Shown here piece by piece: positions 31,074 through 40,761 of a stretch of DNA of 58,208 nucleotides. The stretch lies in the IMG/VR virus record IMGVR_UViG_3300036945_000096, positions 1 through 58,208 of that record. One strand, written 5' to 3'. Below the pieces are notes generated by a model. It ran no database searches. It saw nothing but the letters and a program-made list of their open reading frames with translations, and was not told the origin of the DNA. The DNA comes from a virus. Its lineage: Duplodnaviria; Caudoviricetes. Every line of letters starts with the position of its first letter. The stretch's first letter is position 1. Both the position numbers and the translations under genes were made by a program.

Positions 31074-32789
31074 TTAGTGGCACTCACGCCAGTTGTTGCC
31101 AACCTTACCTTCGGCATCTACTGGACAACGGAAACCTAAAGCTTCTCCTGCTTTGGTGGCTGCTTGCTCGATGAGCCTAGCTGCTTCCTCTGCCTGATCT
31201 TCTCTAACTTCCCACTGTGTTTCATCATGAACAAACGCTAATAGTTTAGCATCTATTCCCCTTTCTTGCAACAACTTCGTTGCTTCAATAAGCCATTGCT
31301 TAGCTACGATAGCACCTGCACTTTGCAACAAAGTGTTTAATGCTGCATGTTCAGACCTAACCCACACTCGCCTACCATCTAGTGCAGGTAAGTGACCCTT
31401 AACCATCAGCTTAGATATCTTCTTCTTCAATTCAGAAAGGCCGGGTGTGTTATTGATAAAGCTATCAATAAGTTTCTTACCTCTGCTACTGTTACCGCCA
31501 ACAATTGATCCTGCCTTGGCAGCACCTGCACCATACAGCACACCATATGTCAGAGTCTTGGTAGTATTCCTAGCCTTCTTATGCTCTGGGTTGTTATCAT
31601 CCTTAACAGTACCTTTGTCAACTAAGCCAAAACTCTGTGCATTAAACCAGTGGATGTCACCCTTAAGCAACTCATCAATCCATTCCTGATCCCTCAGGTA
31701 GTGGCCTAAGCAACGCAGTTCAATGCCTGATAGGTCTACACCTACCTGCTTATATCCCACTGGCACACGCCACATCTCCCTGCATTCAGCACCGAATGGA
31801 CTACCCACTGCAGGAACCTGTGCCATGTTAGGGCTACTGTGTGTAGCTCTGCCTGTCACTGCACCATTGGTAGTAACTCTACCATGCACCCTGCCATCCT
31901 CGCCTACCAACTCCAACCAACTGCTAACCTGAGCCACACGTTTCTGTATCATTAAGTATTCAGATACAAGCTTAGCTTCAGGTAGGTCAATCTTCTCAAG
32001 CACAGCTTCGTCAACAATGACATTGCCTTTGTCTGTCTTCTTTGTGAATACAACACCAAGCCCTGCCAATCGCTCAGCAATCTGCTGTCTGCTTCCGGGA
32101 TTGAAGATGGTTACTTTGTCCTTAAGCTGCTTGCCTGTCTTCTCAGAGACTCGCTGCTCTACGATGGGAGGAAACACCTGCTGCATGCTCTCTTCAATGT
32201 CAGACATGCGTCCACTCAGTGTGGCGTTCAACACCATAGCTTTCTCCATGTCTAGCATGAAGCCATTGTCTTCCATGCCACGGCAGATTAGTGCCACCGC
32301 ATGCTCAAGCTTAATGCTTTGTAAGGAAAACTCTTCCTTAATCAACACTGTTGATAGATGGCTGTATAGTTTCTCAAGCAGCAATACATCCTGCTCACAG
32401 TAGGTAGCCATCTCTTGTGTCCATCCACCATCAAAGTCAGTGAAGCCTATCTTGTGGCTGCCTAAGCGATAGCCCCATGCCTCAAGACTATGTGGACTAG
32501 GGGCTTTGCCCTGCTCAGGAATAACAATATCAATGTCGGGCTTGTACAGCCGTGACATCACCAGTGTATCCATCAGAGTGTTGTCAGGAATGCCAACACC
32601 CCACACCTTCTTAAGGACAGGTGCGTCAAAGCCAATGATGTTGTGGCCCACCACTTGCTCACCTTCTAAGTATTCTTGCAAGCTGTCGGCTTCCCGCCAG
32701 TGCCTCACCTCACCAGTGGTGCTGTGCTTAGTAACACACAACCATATGGTGTCATGTTTGAGGTTTGTCTCTATGTCTAAGAAGATCAT
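31074..32789 (-). CDS. polA: DNA polymerase family A with 3'-5' exonuclease
   Basis: DIET, HN..GFD, DLSGIELR, KTLTYG.LYG, HDE. Confidence 0.97.
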   Translation of the reverse strand: MIFLDIETNLKHDTIWLCVTKHSTTGEVRHWREADSLQEYLEGEQVVGHNIIGFDAPVLKKVWGVGIPDNTLMDTLVMSRLYKPDIDIVIPEQGKAPSPHSLEAWGYRLGSHKIGFTDFDGGWTQEMATYCEQDVLLLEKLYSHLSTVLIKEEFSLQSIKLEHAVALICRGMEDNGFMLDMEKAMVLNATLSGRMSDIEESMQQVFPPIVEQRVSEKTGKQLKDKVTIFNPGSRQQIAERLAGLGVVFTKKTDKGNVIVDEAVLEKIDLPEAKLVSEYLMIQKRVAQVSSWLELVGEDGRVHGRVTTNGAVTGRATHSSPNMAQVPAVGSPFGAECREMWRVPVGYKQVGVDLSGIELRCLGHYLRDQEWIDELLKGDIHWFNAQSFGLVDKGTVKDDNNPEHKKARNTTKTLTYGVLYGAGAAKAGSIVGGNSSRGKKLIDSFINNTPGLSELKKKISKLMVKGHLPALDGRRVWVRSEHAALNTLLQSAGAIVAKQWLIEATKLLQERGIDAKLLAFVHDETQWEVREDQAEEAARLIEQAATKAGEALGFRCPVDAEGKVGNNWRECH

Positions 32790-32949
32790 CGTCCTTGTCC
32801 TTATCATTTTGTTGGAGATTGTTAACTTTCTCCGACTGTTTGTAATCTTCTAATGAGTCTTTACCAAAGATGGCATTCCATCTTGATGCCCACTCTTCAT
32901 CAGCTATTGACTTGGGACGCTGAGCATGTCCCTTTCCTCCATCACTCAT
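32752..32949 (-). CDS. Hypothetical protein
   Basis: GKG...RP...W..IF motif. Confidence 0.55.
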   Translation of the reverse strand: MSDGGKGHAQRPKSIADEEWASRWNAIFGKDSLEDYKQSEKVNNLQQNDKDKDDDLLRHRDKPQT

Positions 32950-33169
32950 ACCTTTGCCACACCAATACAGGTGTGTCCTCTCCTATGTAAGCACCCTCAA
33001 TGTTGAAGAGAATATATTCATGCGCTTCATCTTCAGACATACCATCTCTGTCCACAAATACTTTAATAATCTTATCAGCATCGTAGACCAAGACCTCCAC
33101 TCTCTTATTATCATTCCATATGGAAGCTTGTCCAATGATGGCATCATCAAGATCATCCCACTGTTTCAT
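32942..33169 (-). CDS. Conserved phage hypothetical protein
   Basis: D.AIIG...YD...M..DEA.EY..FN..GAY.GE.TP. Confidence 0.7.
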   Translation of the reverse strand: MKQWDDLDDAIIGQASIWNDNKRVEVLVYDADKIIKVFVDRDGMSEDEAHEYILFNIEGAYIGEDTPVLVWQRYE

Positions 33170-34779
33170 AGCATCATCCCTTCCATAGCATCATCAATCT
33201 CAAACATTCTGCCAGTGTCTTTGTTATAAAGCAAGCTGCAAGCAGGACCAGTTTGTCCACTGTATCTGTTCTTCAACACCCTCACCTTGGTGGTGTTACG
33301 CTCAATAGGATCATCAGCCTGACCATTCCTCTCAAGCGATACCACCATGTCACTTAGCTGTGCAATGGCTGCACTACCCCTTAGCTGAGCTAAGCTAGTG
33401 GCTGCACCTTCTTCATGTCCCTTGTCTGATGGACGCTTGAGGTGGCTAACAATAACTAAAGCAATGTTAGTTTCCTGCACAAGCATGCGAAGCTTGGTCA
33501 TGATTTCATCAATGGCCTTACGCTCATCACCATTGTCCTGACTGGATACGATGATGGACAAGTGGTCTAGGAATACATACTTACATCCCAGTCCTTTAGC
33601 CATATACTTTACACGATTGACAATGTTCTCAATGGCTGTGCTACCAAAGTGATCAAAGAAGTACAAGCGTCCAGTGCCTAGTGTCTTCTCGAATGCGTCC
33701 TTGCGTACAGCATCAGACACCATAGTTGTAGGTAGATGCATAGGCAAGTCAGCAGCAAGGCTCATCATGGACAGGCTAGTCTTTCTCACACTCTCTTCCA
33801 AGAACATCAAGCCAATGTTGTCACTGCTGTTCTGTAGCAGATGCCAAACAATTTCCCTTAGGGTTTGACTCTTACCTAGTCCACTACCTGCTGTGAATGT
33901 GACTAGCTCACCTGCTCTGATGCCATAGGTGATGTCGTTCAGTCCCTTCCAAGGATAGAAACAGTCTGCTGCTTCCATTGGTTTAGACACTAGCTCCCAC
34001 AACCCAGTGCCACTAACAATACCATCAGGTATGAATGGCTCTGCTGCCCACCAACGGGCTACGAATGCAGCTTCCTTGCTTTCAGCAAGCCACTCACATG
34101 CATCCTTGTATGATGGATCAGGTTTAAATATCTTGCACTTGCTACCAAACAATTCAGCAACTTCCTTTGCTGCCTTCTGCCCTGCCTCATCACCATCAAA
34201 GCAAAGCACTACAGTTTCAAAGCTGTTGATGTATTCATAGTTGGCCTTGGCATCCTTCAATGCACTACCTGCACCTGTGCGTATAGACACCACAGGATAT
34301 TTACTACCTGTCAATTGGTATGCAGCCAGTGCATCAAACTCACCCTCAGTGATGGTGAGATACTTACCATTGGATGGGTATAGGTTCTGTCCAAACAGAG
34401 TACCCTTGCTCCACCCACCCACTGTCGTAAACTTCTTATCCTTCACCTCTCTGCGCTTAGCTGCCACCAGTTGGGTATTGCTATCGTAATAAGGGAAGTA
34501 GTAATAGCCACCACTGCGAACAACACCATAGCGTTCCATTGTGGCTTTGTTAATGCGTCTGTCTGAAACAGACACACTAACACCTTCGTTGTAGTCTTTA
34601 AAGAAAGAGCTTGTGTCTTTCGTTTCTGTATCAACATCAATCACTTCAAGTCTTTCTTTGTTCATTGAGGGAATGTATGTATTACATACAAAACATTTGG
34701 TGGACATGTCATCGTTGATGGACAAGCCATCACTACTGCCACATGTCTCACAGGGTAGGTGTGTTTTTAGGAATGCCAT
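33166..34779 (-). CDS. Primase-helicase (T7 gp4-like)
   Basis: Zn finger C..C..SD...C..C, TOPRIM EGE.D/FD.D, Walker A GSGLGKS, DHL, HLKR, LRGS. Confidence 0.96.
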   Translation of the reverse strand: MAFLKTHLPCETCGSSDGLSINDDMSTKCFVCNTYIPSMNKERLEVIDVDTETKDTSSFFKDYNEGVSVSVSDRRINKATMERYGVVRSGGYYYFPYYDSNTQLVAAKRREVKDKKFTTVGGWSKGTLFGQNLYPSNGKYLTITEGEFDALAAYQLTGSKYPVVSIRTGAGSALKDAKANYEYINSFETVVLCFDGDEAGQKAAKEVAELFGSKCKIFKPDPSYKDACEWLAESKEAAFVARWWAAEPFIPDGIVSGTGLWELVSKPMEAADCFYPWKGLNDITYGIRAGELVTFTAGSGLGKSQTLREIVWHLLQNSSDNIGLMFLEESVRKTSLSMMSLAADLPMHLPTTMVSDAVRKDAFEKTLGTGRLYFFDHFGSTAIENIVNRVKYMAKGLGCKYVFLDHLSIIVSSQDNGDERKAIDEIMTKLRMLVQETNIALVIVSHLKRPSDKGHEEGAATSLAQLRGSAAIAQLSDMVVSLERNGQADDPIERNTTKVRVLKNRYSGQTGPACSLLYNKDTGRMFEIDDAMEGMML

Positions 34780-35002
34780 AGCCTTTGTAGGTAACTTTGT
34801 TGGTCTTTAATACTTGTTCGTATCCGTTAAACAGCTTAGTCATTCTAGCATCGTGTAGGCTGTGTAGTCCAATTAATAAATTGGCAAGCTCGTCTTCATC
34901 AGGTTGCTTCTCTCTGTCCATTAACACCCACAAGATGGAGTCAATGTCCTCCTTAGTTATCCAAGCTGCCATGATGAGGTCTTCTAGTTCATGTAGTTTC
35001 AT
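34748..35002 (-). CDS. Hypothetical protein
   Basis: ORF in operon. Confidence 0.65.
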   Translation of the reverse strand: MKLHELEDLIMAAWITKEDIDSILWVLMDREKQPDEDELANLLIGLHSLHDARMTKLFNGYEQVLKTNKVTYKGYGIPKNTPTL

Positions 35003-35145
35003 TTTGCTGCCTCCATGTACAGACCAACATTACCCAGTGCATAACCAACAAAGGCTATGCCTAGACCAGTGTTGCCTTTGAGTAGCAGATCCACTGCCAC
35101 CACTGTATACACCACACCAACAATTGCAATAAGCCATGCACTCAT
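34999..35145 (-). CDS. 48-aa two-TM peptide (not in ORF track)
   Basis: MSAWLIAIVGVVYTVVAV...GYALGNVGLY; ATGA-coupled. Confidence 0.65.
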   Translation of the reverse strand: MSAWLIAIVGVVYTVVAVDLLLKGNTGLGIAFVGYALGNVGLYMEAAK

Positions 35146-35297
35146 TTGATCACCTTGAATTCTTGAAGCACTCTCATAGCTGCTTTAATAAGTTCAGTGT
35201 CTTGAGTTGGCTCAGGCAAACTACTTTCCCACCGCAATAAAAACTCAAGTTCTTCTGCAACCACAGCTTCAATTTGTTCTCTGTTTAATTCAGTCAT
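35142..35297 (-). CDS. Hypothetical protein
   Basis: ORF in operon. Confidence 0.55.
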   Translation of the reverse strand: MTELNREQIEAVVAEELEFLLRWESSLPEPTQDTELIKAAMRVLQEFKVIK

Positions 35298-35298
35298 A

Positions 35299-35895
35299 TC
35301 AGTCCCATAGTCCTCTGTAATATTTACCAAACAACATGAAAGCTTTCTTCATCCTAGCTTCATGCACCTCTAAACCTGCATAGTCAATCTTAATCTTACC
35401 TATCTGTTCTTCTAGTCCTGCCTTCTTATCCACAGCAGAATGATCATAAAACTTATCAGTTGAATTTTCATCCACCATTTCACCGAATGCCCATATCATT
35501 TCATCCATCACCCAGTCCCACCGCTTGAAGTGATTGTCATCAATGTCCCAACTGTTTTCCTTGGGTAGGCATGAGTTGCTTTGCAATGCCTTCGGCACAT
35601 CTGCATCATCCACATTAGGACTACCATGCTGTGTTGCCTTAAGTTGCTTAAGCATTGGCAAGATGATGAGGGACAGTGTGTGATCCATAGCCCATGTGTC
35701 ATACCTATCAAGCTTCACAATGACAGTGCGCTTCTTCTTCGTATGCATCCACTGCAACACATCACCCACCCATGTTTCACTGAGCCACTCACCCCATTGC
35801 TGTGCCTTAGCTTTGCTAACACCTAGCTTTGTTGTTAGCTCAGCAAGCTGATATGGTCCAAGCCAATTGGGATAGCTTCCTATATACACTTTCAT
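35299..35895 (-). CDS. Conserved phage hypothetical protein
   Basis: 198 aa, Trp-rich, coupled to the recombinase stop. Confidence 0.75.
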   Translation of the reverse strand: MKVYIGSYPNWLGPYQLAELTTKLGVSKAKAQQWGEWLSETWVGDVLQWMHTKKKRTVIVKLDRYDTWAMDHTLSLIILPMLKQLKATQHGSPNVDDADVPKALQSNSCLPKENSWDIDDNHFKRWDWVMDEMIWAFGEMVDENSTDKFYDHSAVDKKAGLEEQIGKIKIDYAGLEVHEARMKKAFMLFGKYYRGLWD

Positions 35896-36992
35896 ACTAG
35901 TCCTCGCATTTCCTGTGTCACTGTTGCACTACGCAAAGTGTTCTTGATGTATGGTGTTAGGCTCTGCGGGGTAGCATGTCCTGACACCGACATGATGTTG
36001 GTGATGGGTACACCCACCTCAATCATCTCTGTGATAGCTGTCCTTCGCAAGTCCTGTAACACAAGATCACTAGGCAGATTTGCATCAGCTAAGATTTGTT
36101 TAGCCACTCTAGACAAGTTAAACAAACTGTAAGGTAGCAAGCCACCTTTCCTATCAGGCACATTGGATGGTGCAATGTATTGCTGCCAACCAAACTCAGC
36201 ATGCTGTTGTCTCAGCATAGTTAGTAGCCCCTGACTTGTGGGGATAGTCACCCTAGACCTACGCTTGCTTTGTTCCAAGTGCAACACACCCTTCTCTAGG
36301 TCTACCTGATCCCATCGTAGCTTACGCATGTCACCCATACGCTGTCCATATTCATAGCCCATCTGCACAATGAGTCCCACATTACGCCACTTGAATGTGG
36401 AATAGGCAGTGTTCATGAATGCTCTCACATCTTCCCTGCTCCATACAGTTCTGCGAGGCTTGTCTGCCCTTCGTAGCACCTTGCTGAATGGGTTGTGCTT
36501 AATGTAGCCATGACGGATAGCGAAGTTGAATAGCAATCGGTACACTGCCAAGGTGTGGTTAGCTAAGCTAACACTATGTTCAGCATGCTGTTCATATATC
36601 TTCTGACAATGCGGTGTGACTAAGTCACCTAGCTTGCATTGATACAGACTAACACCATTAGCTCTACTGTCCTGCCATCCCTGTAGGTAGTAGATGTAGT
36701 CACGCTGTGCTTTAGCACTGAGCTTTGTGTAAGTGATGTTGTTCCTGTATGCCTTGACTAAGTCAGCCACCTTCGTCTTCTCAGAGATATCTTTAAGATA
36801 TCTAAGCTCTTTACGCCAGTTGTCTAGCTGAGCATTTAGTTCTGCAGCCAAAGCAAATGCTTTGTCTTTGTCTTCACCAAGCACACGCCTAGCCACCACC
36901 CCTGCATCCACTGCGTCCTGTGGTGGGTTGTAGCGATACTTGGTTACACCTTCGGTGGCCTTAGCCAAGGTTACATAGCGAGGGAGAGTCAT
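35892..36992 (-). CDS. Tyrosine recombinase/integrase-family protein
   Basis: GQR..D, K, QDLRRT, SGH and C-terminal Tyr. Confidence 0.88.
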   Translation of the reverse strand: MTLPRYVTLAKATEGVTKYRYNPPQDAVDAGVVARRVLGEDKDKAFALAAELNAQLDNWRKELRYLKDISEKTKVADLVKAYRNNITYTKLSAKAQRDYIYYLQGWQDSRANGVSLYQCKLGDLVTPHCQKIYEQHAEHSVSLANHTLAVYRLLFNFAIRHGYIKHNPFSKVLRRADKPRRTVWSREDVRAFMNTAYSTFKWRNVGLIVQMGYEYGQRMGDMRKLRWDQVDLEKGVLHLEQSKRRSRVTIPTSQGLLTMLRQQHAEFGWQQYIAPSNVPDRKGGLLPYSLFNLSRVAKQILADANLPSDLVLQDLRRTAITEMIEVGVPITNIMSVSGHATPQSLTPYIKNTLRSATVTQEMRGLV

Positions 36993-37837
36993 TGATCGTC
37001 ACCTCCCAGTGCATATAAATTTTCAGCCATAGCTAACAGTTCATCATGCTTAACCAACTTGTTAAGCCATCTCTTGGGGATGTTGCTATACCCATAGATA
37101 CGCCCTGCTAACATACCAGTGACAGCACCTACAGTGTCAGCGTCATAGCCTAAGTTGACAGCATGCACCACTGCATCCTCGAAGCTATGGCTTAGGTCAA
37201 CACTGTTCCATGCTTGAGCATAAGCATGCATGATGGTGTTCACAGTACGCTCACCATTCCTTGTGTTGTAGTTACGAATGCGGTTGTAGTTTAGGAACTT
37301 AGTTCCTGCCATACATTCTGAAACAAACCCTGCTGTACATTGAACAATGTTGTGAGTGCCATGTGTCATCAACGACACAGCCACACTCTCAGCTATAGCT
37401 AAGCCCACATCATTGTGATTGGCTAACATGATGGGAGCTAGTCGCATGATAGTTCCATTGCCACTGGCATAGAAGTCTGTGCTTCCCATGTAAGGACGAT
37501 CTGTAGTCATAGCATCAATGGATGTTGAGCAAGTACGCCCTATGTCAAAGACATAATTTCTAGTGCCAAAGTGTCCTGTCTTCTTCCACATTTTAAAGTT
37601 GGCAGCAATCTCGCTTGGAGCAAAGCCACCCTTACTAATGTAAGCATCAGCAATAGCAACAGCCATAGCACCATCATCTGTCCATTCACCAATGGCAGTG
37701 TCATGCACACCACCACCCACCATCTCTGATGTTACCTCTGTCATATGTTCGGGACGAATGAATTCCAATGGAGCACCCAGTGCATCTCCAATGAACAGAC
37801 CCATGAACATACCTATCGCATTATCTTTATGCATCAA
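36989..37837 (-). CDS. ADP-ribosylglycohydrolase (DraG/ARH family)
   Basis: GDALGAP.EF, WTDD, GNG..MR..P, TH, DADT.GA..G..AG..YG. Confidence 0.93.
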   Translation of the reverse strand: MMHKDNAIGMFMGLFIGDALGAPLEFIRPEHMTEVTSEMVGGGVHDTAIGEWTDDGAMAVAIADAYISKGGFAPSEIAANFKMWKKTGHFGTRNYVFDIGRTCSTSIDAMTTDRPYMGSTDFYASGNGTIMRLAPIMLANHNDVGLAIAESVAVSLMTHGTHNIVQCTAGFVSECMAGTKFLNYNRIRNYNTRNGERTVNTIMHAYAQAWNSVDLSHSFEDAVVHAVNLGYDADTVGAVTGMLAGRIYGYSNIPKRWLNKLVKHDELLAMAENLYALGGDDQ

Positions 37838-38019
37838 ATATCTTCCATAGTAATTGTGACTGTTAGATCAAGGGCTTCGCCTAAGTTGTTAGCTTCCCCC
37901 TTTAATATGTCACAGATTTTAAACACTGCCTCATTAGAGCAGAGCATTCCAATGTTCACAGTGACCACCTCATGTCCACCAGTGAATGTGCCTACTATCT
38001 TTGTCGTGTCTACTATCAT
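37834..38019 (-). CDS. Hypothetical protein
   Basis: AAGGA RBS, coupled to the ARH gene. Confidence 0.55.
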   Translation of the reverse strand: MIVDTTKIVGTFTGGHEVVTVNIGMLCSNEAVFKICDILKGEANNLGEALDLTVTITMEDI

Positions 38020-38061
38020 ATGTGTTCCTTATGCAGGGGATTAAGCCCCTGCCTTGGTTGA

Positions 38062-38901
38062 TTAAGCGAAGGCAATGTCTTCGGCAATGTCCCACAACTC
38101 TGAGTTGATGCGGATGTTTTCTTTCACACTGCTAACAGGCCGAGCCTTACGAGTCACACCATTGGGGTGCTTGTCAGACAGGCTCTTAACGAATGCATTG
38201 CCACGGATAACACCTTCCTGAATGCGGTTGAACACAGTGAATGCATCCATGTAGTTGTCTTGATAGCGAGAGATCTTCAACACATCAGCAATGGTTTGAG
38301 GTGTGGCATACACACCATTGGTCTGCTGTTCAAGCATGTCCCATCGTGTCTCAATGCCACGCTTAGCCATGATCACTGACTGATGTGGATCAAGTGTCAC
38401 ACCACGCAGTCTCTCAAGACGCTCCATCATGGTGGGCAATGTAGCCACAGTGTTACGAAGCATGTCTTCAAAACCACTCAGTGCCTTGCTGTGATAGATG
38501 CGAGACTGGAATCCATCACCTGCAATGAGGCCATTGGCACAGATGAATCGGTAGCAACCTGCAAACAACTTCACTGAGCCAGTGCCATCATGAGAGTTGT
38601 ACAAAATAATCTCAGGACGAATGTCCTCAGTGCCAAAGTCAATGTCCCATGTCTTAGCGAAGGCTAACATGTGGGCTGAGTGAGCAGGGTTGTTCTTACG
38701 GCTACGCTTCTGTGCTGCTTGCACTGGTGCATATCCATAGTCTTGCATCACTGTGATGATGTCGCTTGTGTTCAATGACACATAACGATCTGTAAGGCGG
38801 TCAGCCTTGGTGGTGCTGAAAGCAGCAGGGGCAAGTTGTTGGATACGCTCTGTTGTGAGAGCAGAATTGTTAACATTGCGAGAGAAGATTACATGAGCCA
38901 T
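38062..38901 (-). CDS. DUF932/DUF945-family protein
   Basis: NSHDG.GS....G..RF.C.NG, FN..QE...RG. Confidence 0.85.
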   Translation of the reverse strand: MAHVIFSRNVNNSALTTERIQQLAPAAFSTTKADRLTDRYVSLNTSDIITVMQDYGYAPVQAAQKRSRKNNPAHSAHMLAFAKTWDIDFGTEDIRPEIILYNSHDGTGSVKLFAGCYRFICANGLIAGDGFQSRIYHSKALSGFEDMLRNTVATLPTMMERLERLRGVTLDPHQSVIMAKRGIETRWDMLEQQTNGVYATPQTIADVLKISRYQDNYMDAFTVFNRIQEGVIRGNAFVKSLSDKHPNGVTRKARPVSSVKENIRINSELWDIAEDIAFA

Positions 38902-38947
38902 GATGTTTCCTTAAGAAAAGTGAATGAGTGTCAGCAACTGACGCTTA

Positions 38948-38977
38948 ATTATAACCACAAAATTAGGGGCAGTGCAA
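38948..38977 (-). promoter_or_regulatory. sigma70-type promoter for the DUF932-ARH-recombinase unit
   Basis: TTGCAC-18 nt-TATAAT on minus strand. Confidence 0.6.
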
Positions 38978-38992
38978 TACCCCTACAGAACC

Positions 38993-39208
38993 TCAGGGCT
39001 TTTTAGCCAAAGGTATCACATCCATCCATGCAACTAGATGGATAGTGTCACCGAACATATCTAGGCAGTAGCTATACATGCCATCGATGTGATCGAAGTA
39101 GTAGACAGCCTCAGTGCGAGGGCATTGTACATAGCTCTTAGGCTTCACTGAGTACAGTGGTGTCACTGGTTGCTTGTCGAAGTCCCTGATGTCCACTTCG
39201 CTTAACAT
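38993..39208 (-). CDS. Hypothetical early protein
   Basis: GGAGG RBS; F.HIDGMYS.C motif. Confidence 0.7.
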   Translation of the reverse strand: MLSEVDIRDFDKQPVTPLYSVKPKSYVQCPRTEAVYYFDHIDGMYSYCLDMFGDTIHLVAWMDVIPLAKKP

Positions 39209-39483
39209 AATTTTCCTCCTGTGATAGGTGTAGTCGTTTCATCTCAGTGCCTTTAGCATAGCCCTTGATGTAGTCCCTGCTCATCCACTGGTAGCTGATA
39301 CCTAAGCTACGCAGTCCATGTACAAAGCCTAGCTGATAGCTAAGGTCTACATCCATATAGCCACCATTGCTATGCACCAACATGCAAAGAACCAAGTATA
39401 CATCTCCATGTCACTCATGTCTAGGCTCAGGTGGTTGAGAGGGTGGTAGTGGGTTGGCGGGGAAAGGCCAAGTCGGATTGTCT

Positions 39484-39651
39484 TTACGCATTTACATCTT
39501 CCTTCCGTTGTACTGGTGTAGCTAACAACCACTTGTCACCGAGGTAACGAATGCTCCGCACCCACTGCCGTTGGTTGTGTCTATTGATACGCCTCTCAAC
39601 ACCTTCGGTGTTGAACAGAGTGCGAACATGCTTTAACATCTTTGTATTCAT
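39484..39651 (-). CDS. 55-aa basic early protein (not in ORF track)
   Basis: MNTKMLKHVRTLF...RQWVRSIRYLGDKWLLA; AAGGA RBS. Confidence 0.65.
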   Translation of the reverse strand: MNTKMLKHVRTLFNTEGVERRINRHNQRQWVRSIRYLGDKWLLATPVQRKEDVNA

Positions 39652-39652
39652 T

Positions 39653-39856
39653 TCATTCCTTAACTATACGAAAGTTTCCTAAGTCTACCTGTTCCCTGTT
39701 GGCAAAGAACAAGCCATCGAGGTAGCGTTCCAGTGCATTTGATGCATCAGGTAGTGTGGCATAACGCCTTGGCTTGTAGTTGCCACTGTCTGACACATCA
39801 AACTCTAGGCAGTACCACTTGTCACGCAGTCTGGTTTGTATCTTGTACATATGCAT
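39653..39856 (-). CDS. Hypothetical early protein
   Basis: 3' part of ORF 39653-39982 with AAGG RBS. Confidence 0.5.
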   Translation of the reverse strand: MHMYKIQTRLRDKWYCLEFDVSDSGNYKPRRYATLPDASNALERYLDGLFFANREQVDLGNFRIVKE

Positions 39857-40118
39857 ACCTTTCATAAGATCTGATTTTGCTATCACCATCGGTGTGTTTG
39901 GTGACCCACTTAACTGACACATTATCTGAGTGCAATCGTTGTAACAACAACGACAAGTCACAGTCTTCCTCAAGGTACACATTGTCCTTATACTGGTAAC
40001 TGTAGCTGCTTACATCAGGGGCAATGCCTAAGTTGTTTAACACCTTACGCTTCACCTTGCCCCATCCATGCCCTGCATCAGTGTATACAGTGATGGTGAA
40101 TGTCTTTTGTTCTGTCAT
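39822..40118 (-). CDS. Conserved early protein
   Basis: D.GHGW..V...S.YSY....YLEEDCD motif. Confidence 0.75.
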   Translation of the reverse strand: MTEQKTFTITVYTDAGHGWGKVKRKVLNNLGIAPDVSSYSYQYKDNVYLEEDCDLSLLLQRLHSDNVSVKWVTKHTDGDSKIRSYERYAYVQDTNQTA

Positions 40119-40567
40119 AGGTTGTGTTCCATAATATATTTAGCATCGGCAATGTCTTTAGACAGTGCCACTATCCACTTACCATCTTCAATGTACTTGT
40201 CAGCAGACTCAGTTAGTCGCTTAAGCACACCTCGAATGTCAGCCGGAGCACCCTTGTCAATGACAGGGAATTTTTCATGTCGTTCCATGCCTCGGATGAA
40301 TGCATACCAAGACTTAGACTTCGGAGTGTAGAAGGTGGTTGCAATTTCCTTACGCTCCCAGTGCTTAGTGTAGCTAGGGTGGACATAAGCATAGTGTTGC
40401 CCAAAGATTCGGGCAGTCTCTTCCTGCTTGGTGACTGTCAATGTGCAAAGAACTTCCCTTGCTTCATTGAATGTGTTCCATGTGTTGTCACCCTGTGCGT
40501 CACAGGCATAGTCTTCGTTAGCCATCAGCACCATGTAGCCATCGGCTGTCTTAATAACTTGATTCAT
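40115..40567 (-). CDS. Hypothetical early protein
   Basis: RBS; shares a module with 40564-40761. Confidence 0.7.
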   Translation of the reverse strand: MNQVIKTADGYMVLMANEDYACDAQGDNTWNTFNEAREVLCTLTVTKQEETARIFGQHYAYVHPSYTKHWERKEIATTFYTPKSKSWYAFIRGMERHEKFPVIDKGAPADIRGVLKRLTESADKYIEDGKWIVALSKDIADAKYIMEHNL

Positions 40568-40761
40568 TTTGTTTCCTTAAAGGTTGTTGGGTTTGCTAGT
40601 TCTTTTTCCATGCCCTTGATGAAGGCATAGTAGCCCTTCGTCTTCGGGGTATAGAAGGTGGATGCTACATCCTTAGGCTCCATAGCCTTGGAGAAGTTGG
40701 GCAGGGTGGCTACATAACACCTACCAAAAAAGTCTGCAGTGAATTCTATCTTGCTCATCAT
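40564..40761 (-). CDS. Hypothetical early protein
   Basis: GGAGG RBS; TFYTPK module. Confidence 0.65.
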   Translation of the reverse strand: MMSKIEFTADFFGRCYVATLPNFSKAMEPKDVASTFYTPKTKGYYAFIKGMEKELANPTTFKETK

